Below, piece after piece: positions 23,315 through 36,720 of a stretch of 64,000 nucleotides of DNA. The stretch covers positions 154,628,001-154,692,000 of the forward strand of contig JANJGN010000010.1 of assembly GCA_026770705.1 (NCBI GenBank), read 5' to 3'. The position numbers and the translations under genes are program-made. How positions within the stretch are numbered: position 1 is the stretch's first letter; every line of letters starts with the position of its first letter. Origin of the DNA: Isurus oxyrinchus. Taxonomy: Eukaryota. The notes under the pieces are model-generated. The model ran no database searches. It worked only from the letters and a program-made list of their open reading frames with translations, and was not told the DNA's origin.

Positions 23315-25449
23315 CAGGTTGATGCAGATAACTACAGAAATTTGGTTGCAGAGCCACAATTAATCCAAAAGCACAGTTGTCAAATTATCTCCTTTTTAAC
23401 AGGATATCCAAACAGTAACCAGGAGCGCTGGGTAAGATAACAGCAGTGATGTGCAAGACTCCCGCATAAGACAAATCAGCTGTAACAAAATACCAAATAC
23501 CCAAAATTCCAACAAAATTCCACCTGTTCAACACCATGAAGGTTGGGAGGCATCTGCGCCTGGGGAAGTTCAGGCTGCAGCGGCCGACACCGGATAAATT
23601 TTTGTGAGGCCCTTGAGTCAATCAATATCTTTATCTGTGAAAAGAACCCATCGAAGAGGGCGTGGAGTAGAAAATAAAACAAAGAGGATCACGCACTGGG
23701 AATAGATCCCGTTGGATGATCCCTCATTCCAATGAAAGGAATGGAAGGAAAATCAGGCAGGGCCCAGGTTGTGTGCTCGTTTACCACCCTCCAGTACACC
23801 AGTGTGGTACAGACAGGAATCCCACCCCTCTAACCTCTGAAAGACCAGCTGGGACTCACGTGCAACCCATACATTTTAGCAGTTAGGGGTCTATTTTATT
23901 CCAGAAAGCCAGGCAGTGAAGGATAAATCTAACCTTTGAAAATTTTATGAGCTTTTATTTATAAAGACACACATTACAAACACGCATCTCCTAACCCAAC
24001 AAGCACTCTTTCAGTCTGATCCTATTTAAAAAAGCTAGGTTAATGCTCACCAGCTGCACACAGTTACTACACACAATAAACATGCCCCTTATGTCCCCTT
24101 GTGCTGGAAAAGGGCATGATCTTCAGAGGATGGAAGTTGTTTTTTAATTCGAATGGAAGGGAAAGAAATGAAGATGATCAATGTAACAAGTTGGTCCAGG
24201 CTGTAATTCTCACTCTGCCATTCAAGACAATCTGGACACACTGAGTATAAGAAATGCCTCAACCGTACCTGATGGCAGGAGCATGCCATCTAAAAAGCTC
24301 TACAGTCTCCGGGAAGTCAAAAACCAGCCAGCTCTGCATCACACTTGACCTCCAGTCCCAAATTGTGAATAATCTCACTGGTGACCATCAACATAACCAG
24401 CCCTGGATGGGAAATAGTATCTTTTGCAGTCAGGTCTTGGTTTTAATGAATGGAGTCGGGGTTTAACATCTTTAGGGGGAGACCAACAAAGCAATAAGCA
24501 GTGTCCCTTCAACTGGTTCAGTTCACTTCTGTAGGATAATGTAATCACTTCTAGCAAAAGAAAAAGGAGGAGAATTAGTCACATTGGTTCAATTTATGTC
24601 CAGTCAATAATGTCACATTCAACAAAATCTCACTTGAACTCATGTGACAAAGCATGAATAGCCTTTACTGTGTTATTTTTACATCTATTCAGAGACATGA
24701 CAACCAATAGAATACCTGGAATTGTCAGTCTTTACCACTGAGTGAGAAGGTTCCACCCTAGTGACAGGTAACCTAGGTTGACACTCAGTGCAGTACTGAA
24801 GGAGTGCTGCATTGTAAGGGATGGCATCTTTCAGATGAGATGTTAAACTATATGTCTCTAACACATACACACTGCAGGGCTCATTGTACATCTGTAATAC
24901 AGAAACTGCTGTATTACTGAAGCAAACTGAATGAAGAACTGTCCATTGGGCCTGGTCTTGCTATTAACCTTGTGTGATCAATGACATTAATGGGCAGTGG
25001 TCTTCACAGAGCAATAGCAGTGGAAAACGGAATAGAAGTCTAGTGTACAACAGGGACTGGATTAAAACCAACTTATAATAACTTGTGGCCAGGAGACCAT
25101 CTGGTTCTCCATTACATTTCTGGTCAGGAGAAATGGTTGCCATTAAGATGGCAACCAACTTTTAATATTAGCAGGAGCTGACTGTCCTACTAGTTCTCGA
25201 CTTCTACAGTAAACTATAGGGGATGGAAGAAGAAGTGAATCTAGGAATGGGCTTGTCAACATGGATTGATATGGACTTAGTTGGCAACATCAACCCCTGT
25301 GCTGGATTAATACAGAAAATACAGGCACCTGGATCAGGGACAGATGAGCCTTAGGCTAAACCTTATCCAGTCACAGGTCTGCCATAGATCCTGTCACTCA
25401 TCAGTGACTGTGGGTTTTGAGACAAGTATCAATGAAAATTCACTGATGG

Positions 25450-25885
25450 CAGCTTGGCTCAGTCAGTGGCACTCCTACCTCTGAGTCAGACGGTTGTAAG
25501 CTAAGCCTCATTCTGGGACTTTAACATGATTGGTACGCTGACACTTCAACAGAGTACTGAGGAAGTACTGCTGTCGCCTTTCAGATGAGTCATTAATTTG
25601 AGACTCTCCCCTCCATTTCCAATGGTTCAAGTGGATGTAAAATATCCATTTGAAGAAGAGCACTGAATTGCTCCAGTGTCTTGCTCAACATTCTTTCCTC
25701 AACCAACAACATTAAAAATATATTAATTAGTCATTCACCTCATTTGCTCTTTGTGGGATGTTGCTGTACCTAAGTCTCCTGCTACATTTGCCTACAGTCA
25801 CTGCACTTCAAAGCAATTCATTGATTGCGAAGCATTTTGAGATGCTCCAAGACATGCTGAAGGTCTATATAAATGCAAATTCTTA
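25450..25885 (+). mobile_element. DeuSINE (SacSINE1/AmnSINE-like)
   Basis: tRNA-like head; ctttcagatgag..gaagaagagc core; tatataaatgcaa tail. Confidence 0.75.
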
Positions 25886-25931
25886 CTTTCCTTCCTTATC
25901 AGTACTTACATTGAATCCTCTTTTCCAATGT

Positions 25932-25946
25932 TCAGTATGGTTTCTT
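25932..25946 (-). CDS. TAPBPL: Tapasin-family gene, exon 8 coding part (KKPY-stop); exon continues to a donor at 25910
   Basis: Strong polypyrimidine acceptor ttctttcttttatctcttcaacag; phase 0 gives a KKxx C-terminus; gtaagt donor 22 nt after the stop. Confidence 0.72.
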   Translation of the reverse strand, partial: KKPY

Positions 25947-26689
25947 CTGTTGAAGAGATAAAAGAAAGAACATTAAATACTATACCATAACATAACAGCT
26001 TATGTTGGTTTTAATGACTGTTGGGCTATTTACAAAAGCAAAGTTAAAAGATAAAGGAATTAAAAAAAACCTTTATTAAATCATATTCATCTTGACTGCT
26101 TGGTTTAATTTGTTGATTCAATCTGAGCTGAACATCAAAGTCCACATATTATACAATGAAACCCCTACTTCCATCACAACAACTTCTGTCTCTACCCCTG
26201 CTTCAACCTAAGCACTGTGGAAACCCTTAACCACTCCAGACTCAAATTCTCAAGAGTGCTCCTCACTGGTCATCTATATGTCACCTACAACTCACTCAGA
26301 GTTTCACTACCTACATTTTGGCCTGCATTAAGTCTATTGTGCCCATCACCTCCATCTTCACTAACACCCATTGGTTTTCTGACTCAGAGCGTAGATCTGA
26401 AATGCTCTGCACCTAATTACAGACACTATGGAATCAGCAGGCCTCCCATTCCACAATCAATTCCATTCCTACACCCCGCCATGATCCCTTTAGGCCTCTG
26501 ATTCTGGCCTTTTTCTTCCCTCCACCCCATCAGCTACCTAGCTCATACGCCCTGAATACCCTCGATAAACCTCTCCATTTTGATGCTTTTTTTTCTAGCC
26601 ATTAGAAGCCTTCTCAAAACCCATTGTGCAAAACTGTGAGCAAGAAAGGGGGTTAGAACCAAGTGTTTTTTTTTCACATGGTGAAAAGC

Positions 26690-27365
26690 CTGGAACAATA
26701 GAAATCCAAAAGATTTAGGAGTCCATGTAGAACAGGTTACTAAAATGTAGTAGTCAGGTAGAAAAAATAATCAAGTGGGCTAATGGAATGTTAGCCTTTA
26801 CATCCAGGGGGCTATAGAAAGCCTTGATGAAACCACATCCAAAGTTCTATACACCACACACGAGGAAGAATATATTGGAATGAAGGACTGCAGTGCAGAT
26901 CCAGCAGAATGATACCAGCCTTCAAGGGTTAAATTATGAGGAGAGCTTATATCGATCAGGCTTGTATTCCCTGGACCATAGAAGGTTAGGGTGTGATTTA
27001 ATTGAGAGTTTTAGAGTTTTGAAAGGAAGTGATAGGGTAGATAGTGAGATAGAGATAGAGATAGGGTAGATAGATGCCCCCTCACTGGTGGGGACATCTA
27101 ACATAACGTTACAATCAGAGACGGGGCATTCAGAAGAGAAGTTTGGAAACTTTTCTTCACATAAAGGGTGGTAGAAGTGGCAAGCTCTTTCCTACAAAAG
27201 CAAATGCTAGCTCAAATAATAATCTTAAGGTGATAGATTTTTGCCAGCCAACGGCATGAAGGATATGGAGCCAACATGGGTAACTGAAGTTAGGATACAG
27301 TTAGCCATGATCTCACTGAATGACGGAACAGACTCGAGGGGCTGAATGGCCTACTCCTGCTCCAA
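26690..27365 (+). mobile_element. Decayed HER1-like LINE 3' end
   Basis: Same tail; internal (gataga)n. Confidence 0.7.
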
Positions 27366-27589
27366 TGGTCTGCCCTAACTCCACTACTGCTCCTTGGTAC
27401 TGTTTCTCGCTCTGTGAAGTCCCTAGGAATGTTGAACCCTTTAGCCTTTGCTGGTCTAAGGATACTGGAGTCAACTATAGAATGATCCTGATGCCCCAGC
27501 TCAGCTTAACCAATTAGGATGGAGTGAGTAGTTGAATATTTCAGGCTGTCCAATGCTTGTGGAACCAAGCAACAGCATGAAACAAAAAC

Positions 27590-28005
27590 ATAAAACCATA
27601 AGAAATGGGAGCCGGAGTAGACCATTCGGCCCCTTGGGCCTGCTCTGCTATTCAGTAAGATCATGGCTGATTTGATTGTGGCCTCAGCTCCACTTTCCTG
27701 CCTTCACCCCCCCCATAACCCTTAACTCCCTTGTCAATCAAATATCTGTCCAACCCACCATTGAGCATATCCAATGGCCCAGCCACTGCCTTCTCGGGAA
27801 GAGAACTCCAAACACTAACGACCCTCTGAAAGAAGAAATTCTTTCTCATCTCCATCTTAAATGAGACAGCCCTTATTTTGAAACTACATCCTCCTAGTTC
27901 TAGGTTCTACCCTGTCAAGGCCCCTCAGAATCTTATAGGTTTCAATATGGTCACTTTTCATTCTTCTAAACTGCAATGAGTATAAGCCCTCAATCTTTCC
28001 TCATA
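27590..28005 (-). mobile_element. HER1-like LINE 3' end
   Basis: MRKNFFFQRVV frame and tail. Confidence 0.75.
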
Positions 28006-28158
28006 GTCTGTCAGAGGGAAAAAAATAGAGCTACACTGCCAATATATTCAGTGATCTATCCACATTATATCTGACTAAAATGACCTTTATCATTTTCTTA
28101 TAAATTCTCTGTGCGAGACTTTGTGACATTAATAAAATTCAAATTATATTGTGCTTAC

Positions 28159-28175
28159 CTTGTTTCTTTCTGTGA
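28159..28175 (-). CDS. TAPBPL: Tapasin-family gene, exon 7 (17-nt microexon, VTERNK)
   Basis: ccttgcctttgcag acceptor, AAG|gtaagc donor, converts phase 1 to 0. Confidence 0.72.
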
Positions 28176-28589
28176 CTGCAAAGGCAAGGGTAAAAGTCAT
28201 TAAAAACTCACAACCACATCACGCAGTGAACAGATAGAATATCAGTGCTGACATCACTCAAAAAATGGAAAGGTGTTTTAAGGGGAAAAACTAAAAAATC
28301 TGACTTTGCGTATCTTTTACTTAACTGCTGCACTCCCACTGTGGTTTCAGGCTTGAGAATAAATTGGACGTTATTAGACAGCTGATGTAGGTATCTAGGG
28401 CTGGGTGTCAAATCACAAATCAAATCTATCAGCAAGGCTGCCTTTCAACCATTGTGATAATGTCTTCTCCTGTCACTGCCTCCCCTCTGATGATGCTCAT
28501 ATTCTCATCCATGTCTTTGTCCCCTCCTTGCTTGACTTGTCAGTCCTTTGTCCATTTGTCACATGAGTTGGGACATGTCCATAATTTTT

Positions 28590-28917
28590 ATTTAAACCTT
28601 TCATTAAAATTTAAATACCCTCATGAAACCTCATCCCGCCAGCGGATGAGGTTTCATGTTTTGTCACAAGCCCGCCTGGGCTCCCGGCCTGCCTGCCAGC
28701 CTTAAGGTTGGACGGGCAGGTCCATTAATGAGCTGAGTTGGTTTTCTAATGGCCTTAATAGGCCGTTGACAGGTCGGCGGGCACGCATCCGACTTGGCTG
28801 TGCCCCCGCCGACCTGAAAACAGAAATGACGCGGGGTGACGCCAGGAGTTCCACCCCACGTCATCCCACGTCAGCAAGCGGGCCCCGCCCCCGCTCACTG
28901 ACCGGAATTCCCTGCCC
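28590..28917. mobile_element. GC-rich non-autonomous DNA-element fragment
   Basis: Abrupt CpG-rich block ending aattccctgccc inside an AT-rich intron. Confidence 0.4.
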
Positions 28918-29444
28918 TAACAAAACCGTTTGTTAAGAAATAGCAAATTTCTTAGAAAGCGAATCTTGACCCGGCTGCCCAAATAGATCTATAAATCTTA
29001 TAAAACTCATAACTTCATAGCATGCCTCCCAATATCTTGTTCAAACTGGCAAGTCAAGGCACATTTATAAATCTATATTGATTTTGTTCATGGCTATTTG
29101 CTCTATCCAGTTGGGAGCAGTAGATATCTCTTGATATACCTGACATAATACAGCTTAGGTGCTTTATAAAGGAAACTAGATGAGTACATGAGAGAAAAGG
29201 TAATAGAAAGATATGCTGAAAAATTGGAATGAAGCAGATGAAATGGGAGGAGACACCAGTGAAGACATTTTGAGCTGCATATTCTATGTGATTCTATGAA
29301 AATTCCTCTCTGGTTTGAGTTTCCAAATGAAAACGTTCTTGTAAAGTGTTCATACAAAGATTGGTCAGTTGTAAAGGGATTATTGTGAAAGTCGAGAGAC
29401 CGTATCAGCCAATGGTGACTAACAGCAAAGAATTTGTAACTCAC

Positions 29445-29537
29445 CTTTTTTCAGTTGAATCAGTAGAGCGATCACACAAGTGCAGATGATTAGAATCATA
29501 ATTAAAAATAAGAGAAACAGAAGTATCTGAGGTTGTG
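29445..29537 (-). CDS. TAPBPL: Tapasin-family gene, exon 6 (TM: AQPQILLFLLFLIMILIICTCVIALLIQLKK)
   Basis: ccacag acceptor, G|gtgagt donor, 93 nt, phase 1-1, hydrophobic helix followed by KK. Confidence 0.88.
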
Positions 29538-30139
29538 CTGTGGAATTAAAAGAAAAATTTCATCAGAGTCAGTGTTTTGAGGCTTCTATTACATGTCACT
29601 ATGTACATTGGAAAGAGAATTAGAAGAGCAGAGAGTCCAGGCCGACATTTTCCTTCAAACTGATACTACCAAAAGCCAGAAGACATTTTCCACTTAATAT
29701 GTTATATGCTATATTTGGCAGCATTAAATTTAATTTGTTTGCTCAGTTGCAAAGATGGTTTAAATAGCTCTTCAAATAATTAACTGCATCCTTTGCCCTT
29801 TCTCCTCTATTTTAGAATTAGCTGATCAACAAAGGAGCTTACAGTGGATTTCTGCTTCCAAGGACACTTATGTTGATACAAAGCAAAGGTCCAAGGACAG
29901 ACGCCTGGGATACTCCACTCATGATCGCCACCCCTTCTAACATTATACATTGCACTCTTCATTTCCTACTATTTATTTATGTCCAATCTCCAGGTTTTGC
30001 CCACAATTCTCATGGTTTTAGTTTTGTTATTGGTCTTTCTTGTTGAATTTGTCAACAACTGTTTGAAAATCCAGTTAATCTGCATCACAAGGAATTCCAC
30101 TGCTTTGACTGTAATTTCTTCAAAGAATCTGACCTCATT

Positions 30140-31378
30140 GCACCTCCTAACTTCATTACAGTCTTGGTCCAAGCATGGATAAAAGAGCTGAACTCAAGAG
30201 GTGAGGTGAGAGTGAGTGCCCTTGGCATCAAGGGAACATTTGACCAATTGTGGCATCAAGCAGCCCTAGGAAAGTTGAAGTCAATGGGGATCAGGGGAAA
30301 ACTCTCCACTGGTTGGAGTCATGCCTAACACAAAGGAAGATGGTTGTGGTCATTGGCTGTCAATCATCTCAGTCTCAAGGCATCACTGCAGAAGTTCCCC
30401 GTGGTAGCTGACCTTCTCTCTTTGTAAGGTCAGGAGTGAGGATGCTCGCTGAAGATTGCACAATGTTCAGCACCGTTTGTGACTCGTCAGGTTCTGAAGC
30501 AGTCTATGTCCAAATGCAGGAAGACCTGGACAACATTCAGGGCTTGGGCTGATAGTGGCAAGTTTTTTTTCATTCATTCATGGGATGTGAGCTTCACTGG
30601 CTGGGCCAGCATTTATTGCCCATCCCTAGTTGCATTCGCACCACACAAGTGCCAGGCAATGACCTTCTCCAGCTATCTCCCCTTGATATTCAATGGCATT
30701 ACCATCACTGAATCGCCCACTGTCAACCATCTGGGGGTTACCATTGACCAGAAACTGAACTAGACTTGTCATATAAATACCGTGGCTACCAGAGCAGGTC
30801 AGAGGCTGGGAATTCTGCTGAGCGTAACTCACTTCCTGACTCCCCAAAGCCTGTCCACCATCTACAAGGTACAAGTCAGGATGTGATGGAATTCTCTCCA
30901 CTTGCCTGGATGAGTGCAACTCCAAAAACACTCAAGAAGCTCGACACCATACCCTTGATTGCCACCCCATGAGCCACCTTCAACATTCACTTCCTCTGCA
31001 CAGTGGCAGCAGTGTGTACCATCTACAAGTTGCACTGCAGCAACTCGCCAAGGCTCTTTCAACAGCACCTTCCAAACCTGCAACCTCTACCACCTAGAAG
31101 GACAAGGGCGGCAGGTGCATGGGAATCCCACTACCTGCAAATTCCCCTCCAAGTCGCACACCACCTTGAGTTGGAACTATATCATCATTCCTTCTCTGTC
31201 ATTGGGTCAAAATCCTGGAACTTCCTTCATAACAGCACTGTGGTTGTACCTACACAACACGGACTGCAGCGGTTCAAGAAGGTGGCTCACCACCACCTTC
31301 TCATGGGCAATTAGGGATGGGCAATAAATGCTGGCCTAGTCAGCGACACCCACATCCCATGAAGATTTTTTTTTTAAA
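30140..31378 (+). mobile_element. CR1-clade LINE 3' fragment, same family as 10898-13700
   Basis: Reverse-complement similarity to that copy, including its tail. Confidence 0.88.
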
Positions 31379-31889
31379 CTAAGAGCAGGATCTTTCCCTT
31401 CTAGCTGACTCTTCAGAGGTGTAGGCAGCCCTCCAGCATAATCCCTACAAGAGCTCCTATTATTTTATCCAGGACCTGAGGTTGTCTCAGCCAGCTTTCT
31501 CTGCCTTTTCACACGTAGACACAACACCTTTATATTTTCAACGCTGCAGAAGATCATAAATAGACAATGATTTCTTCACTAGAATGACAAGCGTCCACAA
31601 ATTGCTCTGACTTTTCAATTCCCCTGGTCTTTTCCTGTGTGGCATGTAAACCAGTGGCTGAAACCTATTCATTAATGGTATTTCTTGCATTACTCCTGTA
31701 CTCTTTCTGCATCGTTTGCCAGCGTTCCTCAGGGAATCCAGGGAGGTAGGGGACGGGGTGGGAAAGTTCAGCCATGATCTTAATGAAGTGTGGAGAAGAT
31801 TGGATGGGCCAAATGGCTTACTCCTGCTCATATATGTTGTCCTGCAACCAACTCCCTTTGTTCCCTGTCAGCTCCTTTAATTAGAACTG

Positions 31890-32222
31890 GTGTCAGCCTT
31901 GGTTCTGTTGCCTCTGAATCTGAAGATTGTGGATTCGTTCTAGAAAAATGAGCACACCATCCAGACTGGTACTCCGTGCAATACTGAGGGAGTGCTGACC
32001 TGCCAGGGGTGCCTTCCTTCGGATGAGATGTCAAACTGATGTACCACCTTCCTTCTCAGGTGGACGTATAGATCCCATTGCACTATTCAAAGAAGAGCAG
32101 GTATCTTCCCAACATTTAACCCTCAACCTTTCCTTTTTCCTACATTACAACAGCAATCTAGTTCAAAAGTACGTCTGAGATGGCCTGAGGTAGTGAAAGG
32201 TGCTATATAAATGCAAATTCTT
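31890..32222 (+). mobile_element. DeuSINE-like
   Basis: gagggagtgctg..ttcggatgagatg..gaagagcagg..tgctatataaatgcaa. Confidence 0.75.
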
Positions 32223-33784
32223 TCTTTCTTCTTTATCTCTTCTTTACTGAACTGTATTCATCAACCTGCCACATCACAGAAACACGGTGCCAAAGGAGGC
32301 CATTTGGCCCATCGTGTCTGCACTGGCTCTCCAAATGAGCACCGTGACTTAGTGCCATTCTGCTTTTACCCCATACCCTTGCACATTGTTTCAACTCAAA
32401 GGATCATTTATTGTCCTCTTGATATGTGGCGCAACAAGTGGACAGGGATGATTTCCCAACCACTGAATCCCCCAACAGCAACACCTTCACTCACTCCAAG
32501 GACGGCATGTCACAAACACCTTCACTTTAACCCCAATCCCACGCTTGGATTGCCGTGCGAGGTTTTAAACAGTGCCTCTCGAGCAGAGAGACAAGAATTG
32601 ATCAGCTGTCACTCTCTTGAGTGGCTGATAGCCTGTCTATCACAATGACACAAGACTGATATTTGTATTATTTAAATACTTGTGCAAGGGGAAGTCAGAA
32701 ATCTGTTTTTCGGAAAAGGCTGGGTGCTCTCATGGAGAGGAATGGGAAACTGGCAATAAAAGAGGCCTGAGGTTCGGAGAAAGCTCTCACATAAAGTGAG
32801 TGACCAGAAGTGGAACAGACCCAAGGGTTTGGAGGAAACTCTTGTGGGAAGAGCAGGAGATTGGAAAGGGGACAGGCCAGTCGGGGGGCGGTGGGTAAAA
32901 GTTGTTGCTGAGCCAGAATGCCATTTCGGAGCTCAGTTTAACCACTGAATAGGGCTGCACTTGCCCAGTTGTTTTAAACATACACCCAAGGAGGGCGGAG
33001 AATGTCGAGGGCAATACTGGGCACTAAGATTAGTTTGAACAAAATCAACATGGCAATGCTTGAGTTATGGATCCCCACTGACAGGTTATAACCTCAGGCC
33101 CAGGCACGGATTGACACTGGCCCTCATCAAGGGCAGTTCTTAACAGCTTAGCTTGCTTGGCGATGCCAGAGTGCTCTATTGCGGGGAGGGGGGGGGTGGG
33201 GGTGGTGGTGGTTGGGGTGGGGTGGGGGGGGGGGGGGGGGGCTGACCTATCTTTTCCTGCCAGAAGATCTTGTAGTTTCATTGACAATTGGCATGTGAGA
33301 ATGTTGAGCCCTTTATACCACACCCATGCAAGCTAAAGGAGTAGTTGCTGATGAAAATGGGGAATGAACCATGAATGATATAGAAAATGTACATCTAATA
33401 GTAACAAAGTCATTACATGAAGCTATCTTACTATCATTTTTTCCATTCTCCACAGTGTTTGCAAAAGGTCCAAAGCATTACAAGAACTTAGCAAATTTCC
33501 CATATTGGAAATTATGGAGCATAACTAACGTAGCCTTCTCTATTCCATTGGGATTGGAATGAAATGTGCCAAACTTGTGCAGAATTCACAGTTTGCTCAG
33601 CTCCTTTCTCTGGCTGAAGTAGACTATGAGAAAAAAGAGCCTTTGACAGGCAGCAAACATTTGCTACAAGTGGACTTTTGGACAATCTTAATCAATTTAA
33701 TCCAAGGAGCCACACTGGTTCCAAAATGGCTACAACATTAGGTGAATTAATGGACATTTTCACTGAACTGGCACTGCTTCAAAT

Positions 33785-34885
33785 TAATCTGAGAGGGAAT
33801 GGTGACAGATAGAAAACTGGTTGGCAGACAGGAAACAAAGAGTAGGAATAAACGGGTCTTTTTCCAAATGGCAGGCAGTGACTAGTGGGGTACTGCAGGG
33901 ATCGGTGCTGGGGCCCCAGCTATTCACAATATATATGGATTTAGATAAGGGAATTAAATGTAATATCTCCAAATTTGCAGATGACACAAAGCTGGGTGGG
34001 AGGGTGAGCTGTGAGGAGGATGCAGAGATGCTTCAGTGTGATTTGGACAAGCTGAGTGAATGGACAAATGCATGGCAGATGCAGTATAATGTGGATAAAT
34101 GTGAGGTTATCCACTTTGGTAGCAAAAACAGGAAGGCAGATTATTAGCTGAATGGCTATAAATTGAGAGAGGGGAATGTGCAGCGAGACCTGGGTGTCCT
34201 TGTACACTAGTCGCTGAAGGTAAGCATGCAGGTGCAGCTGGCGGTAAAGAAGGCAAGTGGTATGTTGGCCTTAATAGCCAGAGGATTCGAGTACAGGAAC
34301 AGGGATGTCTTGCTGCAATTGTACAGGGCCTGGAACCACACCTGGAATATTGTGTGTAGTTTTGGTCTCCTTATCTGAGGAAGGATGTACTTGCTATAGA
34401 GGGAGTACAGCGAAGGTTTACCCAACTGATTCCTGGGATGGCGGGACTGATGTATGAGGAGAGATTGAGTTGGTTAGGATTATATTCGCTGGAGTTCAGA
34501 AGAATGAGGGGGGATTTCATTGAAACCTATAAAATTCTAACCGAACTAAACAGGGTAGATGCAGGATGTTCCCGATGATGGGGGAGTCCAGAACCAGGGG
34601 TCACTATCTGAGGATATGGGGTAGACCATTTAGGACTGAGATGAGGAGAAATTTCTTCACCCAGAGAGTGGTGAGCCTGTGGAATTCATTACCACAGAAA
34701 GTAGTTGAGACCAAAACATTGTATGTTTTCAAGGAGTCAGATATAGCTCTTGGGGTGAAAGGGATCAAAGGATATGGGGAGAAAGTGGGAGCAGGCTATT
34801 GAGTTGGATGATCAGCCATGACCATAATGATTGGCGGAGCAGGCTCGAAGGGCCGAATGGCCTACTCCTGGTCCTATTTTCTATG
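33785..34885 (+). mobile_element. HER1-like CR1 LINE 3' part
   Basis: GVLQGSVLGP, KFADDTKLGG, RRNFFTQRVV; tail gggccgaatggcctactcctg. Confidence 0.9.
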
Positions 34886-34983
34886 AACATGCACAGCATC
34901 TAATTTCAATGCATGTCGACTCTGTGAAGCACTTTGTAACAATTTTAGTTAAAGAGTATCATAGGATTCTCCTCATTGCTTAC

Positions 34984-35310
34984 CCTCTACGTTTATTTGG
35001 ACATAACGTTTGATGGGTTTCTCCAAGCTGGTGTGCTCAACGCGACATGTGTAGGTAGCACCATTGTCCCTGAGGGAGGCCGTGAACCTGAAGAAGCTGG
35101 TCATATTGTAGGTGCCGTCCATGTTCCTCCTGTGGGGCGAGAAGATGACGTTGGTCATGTAGACGGGCAGCATGTGCCCCTCGCCCTGCTGCCGCAGCCA
35201 CTTCACTGTTACATCAAGTGGGTAATACCGCTCCGCCTTACAGGTCAGCTTCTCTTCGTCCCCTTCCTTAACAGAAAGTGAATTAGGGCTCATTAGGACA
35301 ATGGGCGACT
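34984..35310 (-). CDS. TAPBPL: Tapasin-family gene, exon 5 (IgC1 domain)
   Basis: LTC..YYPLDV.V.W..HRRNMDGTYN..YTCRVEHTSL; 327 nt, ttgcag acceptor, G|gtaag donor. Confidence 0.95.
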
Positions 35311-35831
35311 CTGCAAAGAAAGTATCGAATGACTTTATCGCAATAAGTTACGACAACTGGACATACGTTCAAATTTTATCAGCTTTTTAACACTTAGGAT
35401 TTGCAGCTTTTAATCCCTTTAAATGCAAGTAAATTGGAATAATAGCCTTCCAATATGAACATGACCCTGAAGCAACGAGTAACCAATCAGGGAACCACCA
35501 ATTTAAATTTTTTTTAAGTAATAAAAATAATCCCTTTAAATAATTTTTCCTCCCTACAGCTCTTTTGATAGTGATAATTTCACATACCGTCATGTGTTAC
35601 ACACATACACACTTTAAGAAGCTGTTGAAAAGAGCATGTATTTAATGTATCTGCAAGGAATGTGTTTGAGAGTGGCAGGACTCAGACTGTAATACCCATT
35701 TGTGAAGGCTCAGCATTTGTTCAGTTAGCAATACGGGAAAGCAGCATTCCTACATCATCTCTCTGAGTTTGCATTGCTAAAATTGGTTTACTCGCCCCTA
35801 CAGCAGAAGCACAGTCCAAGCCCACAACCAT

Positions 35832-36720
35832 AAAAACAAACAAAACTGCGGATGCTGGAAATCCAAAACAAAAACAGAATTACCTGGAAAAACTCAGCAG
35901 GTCTGGCAGCATCGGCGGAGAAGAAAAGAGTTGACGTTTCGAGTCCTCATGACCCTTCGACAGAACTTGATTTCAAGTCCAAGAAAGAGTTGAAATATAA
36001 GCTGGTTTAAGGTGTGTGGGAGGGGGGGGGGGGGGGGGGCGGAGAGAGAGAGAGAGACAGAGGTGCTTGTGTAGACAAACAAGCAGTGATAGAAGCAGAT
36101 CATCAAAAGATGTCAGTGACAATGGGACAAAAGAACACATAGGTGTTAAAGTTAAAGTTGGTGATATTATCTAAACGAATGTGCTAATTAAGAATGGATG
36201 GTAGGGCACTCAAGGTACAGCTCTAGTGGGGGTGGGGGCAGCATAAAAGATTTTAAAATATTTAAAAATAATGGAAATAGGTGGGAAAAGAAAAATCTAT
36301 AAAATTTATAGGGAAAAAAAAGGGAAAAAAAGGGGGAAACAGAAAGGGGGTGGGGATGGGGGAGGGAGCTTATGACCTAAAGTTATTGAATTCAATATTC
36401 AGACCGGAAGGCTGTAAGGTGCCTAGTCGGAAGATGAGGTGTTGTTCCTCCAGTTTGCGTTGGGCTTCACTGGAACAATGCAGTAAGCCAAGGACAGACA
36501 TGTGGGCAAGAGAGCAGGGTGGAGTGTTAAAATGGCAAGCGACAGGGAGGTTTGGGTCATTCTTGCGGACAGACCACAGGTGTTCTGCAAAGCGGTCGCC
36601 CAGTTTACGTTTGGTCTCTCCAATGTAGAGGAGACCACATTGGGAGCAACGAATGCAGTAGACTAAGTTGGGGGAAATGCAAGTGAAATGCTGCTTCACT
36701 TGAAAGGAGTGTTTGGGTCC
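35832..36720 (-). mobile_element. Penelope-like element, family 1, 3' part (GIY-YIG endonuclease + pLTR)
   Basis: LVYCIRCSQCGLLYIGETKRKLGDRFAEH..LEEQHLIFRLGTLQPSGLN. Confidence 0.92.

Noticed and set aside
33180-33242. G-run as a functional G-quadruplex (also 1784-1890)
   Set aside because: Simple low-complexity tract with no supporting context
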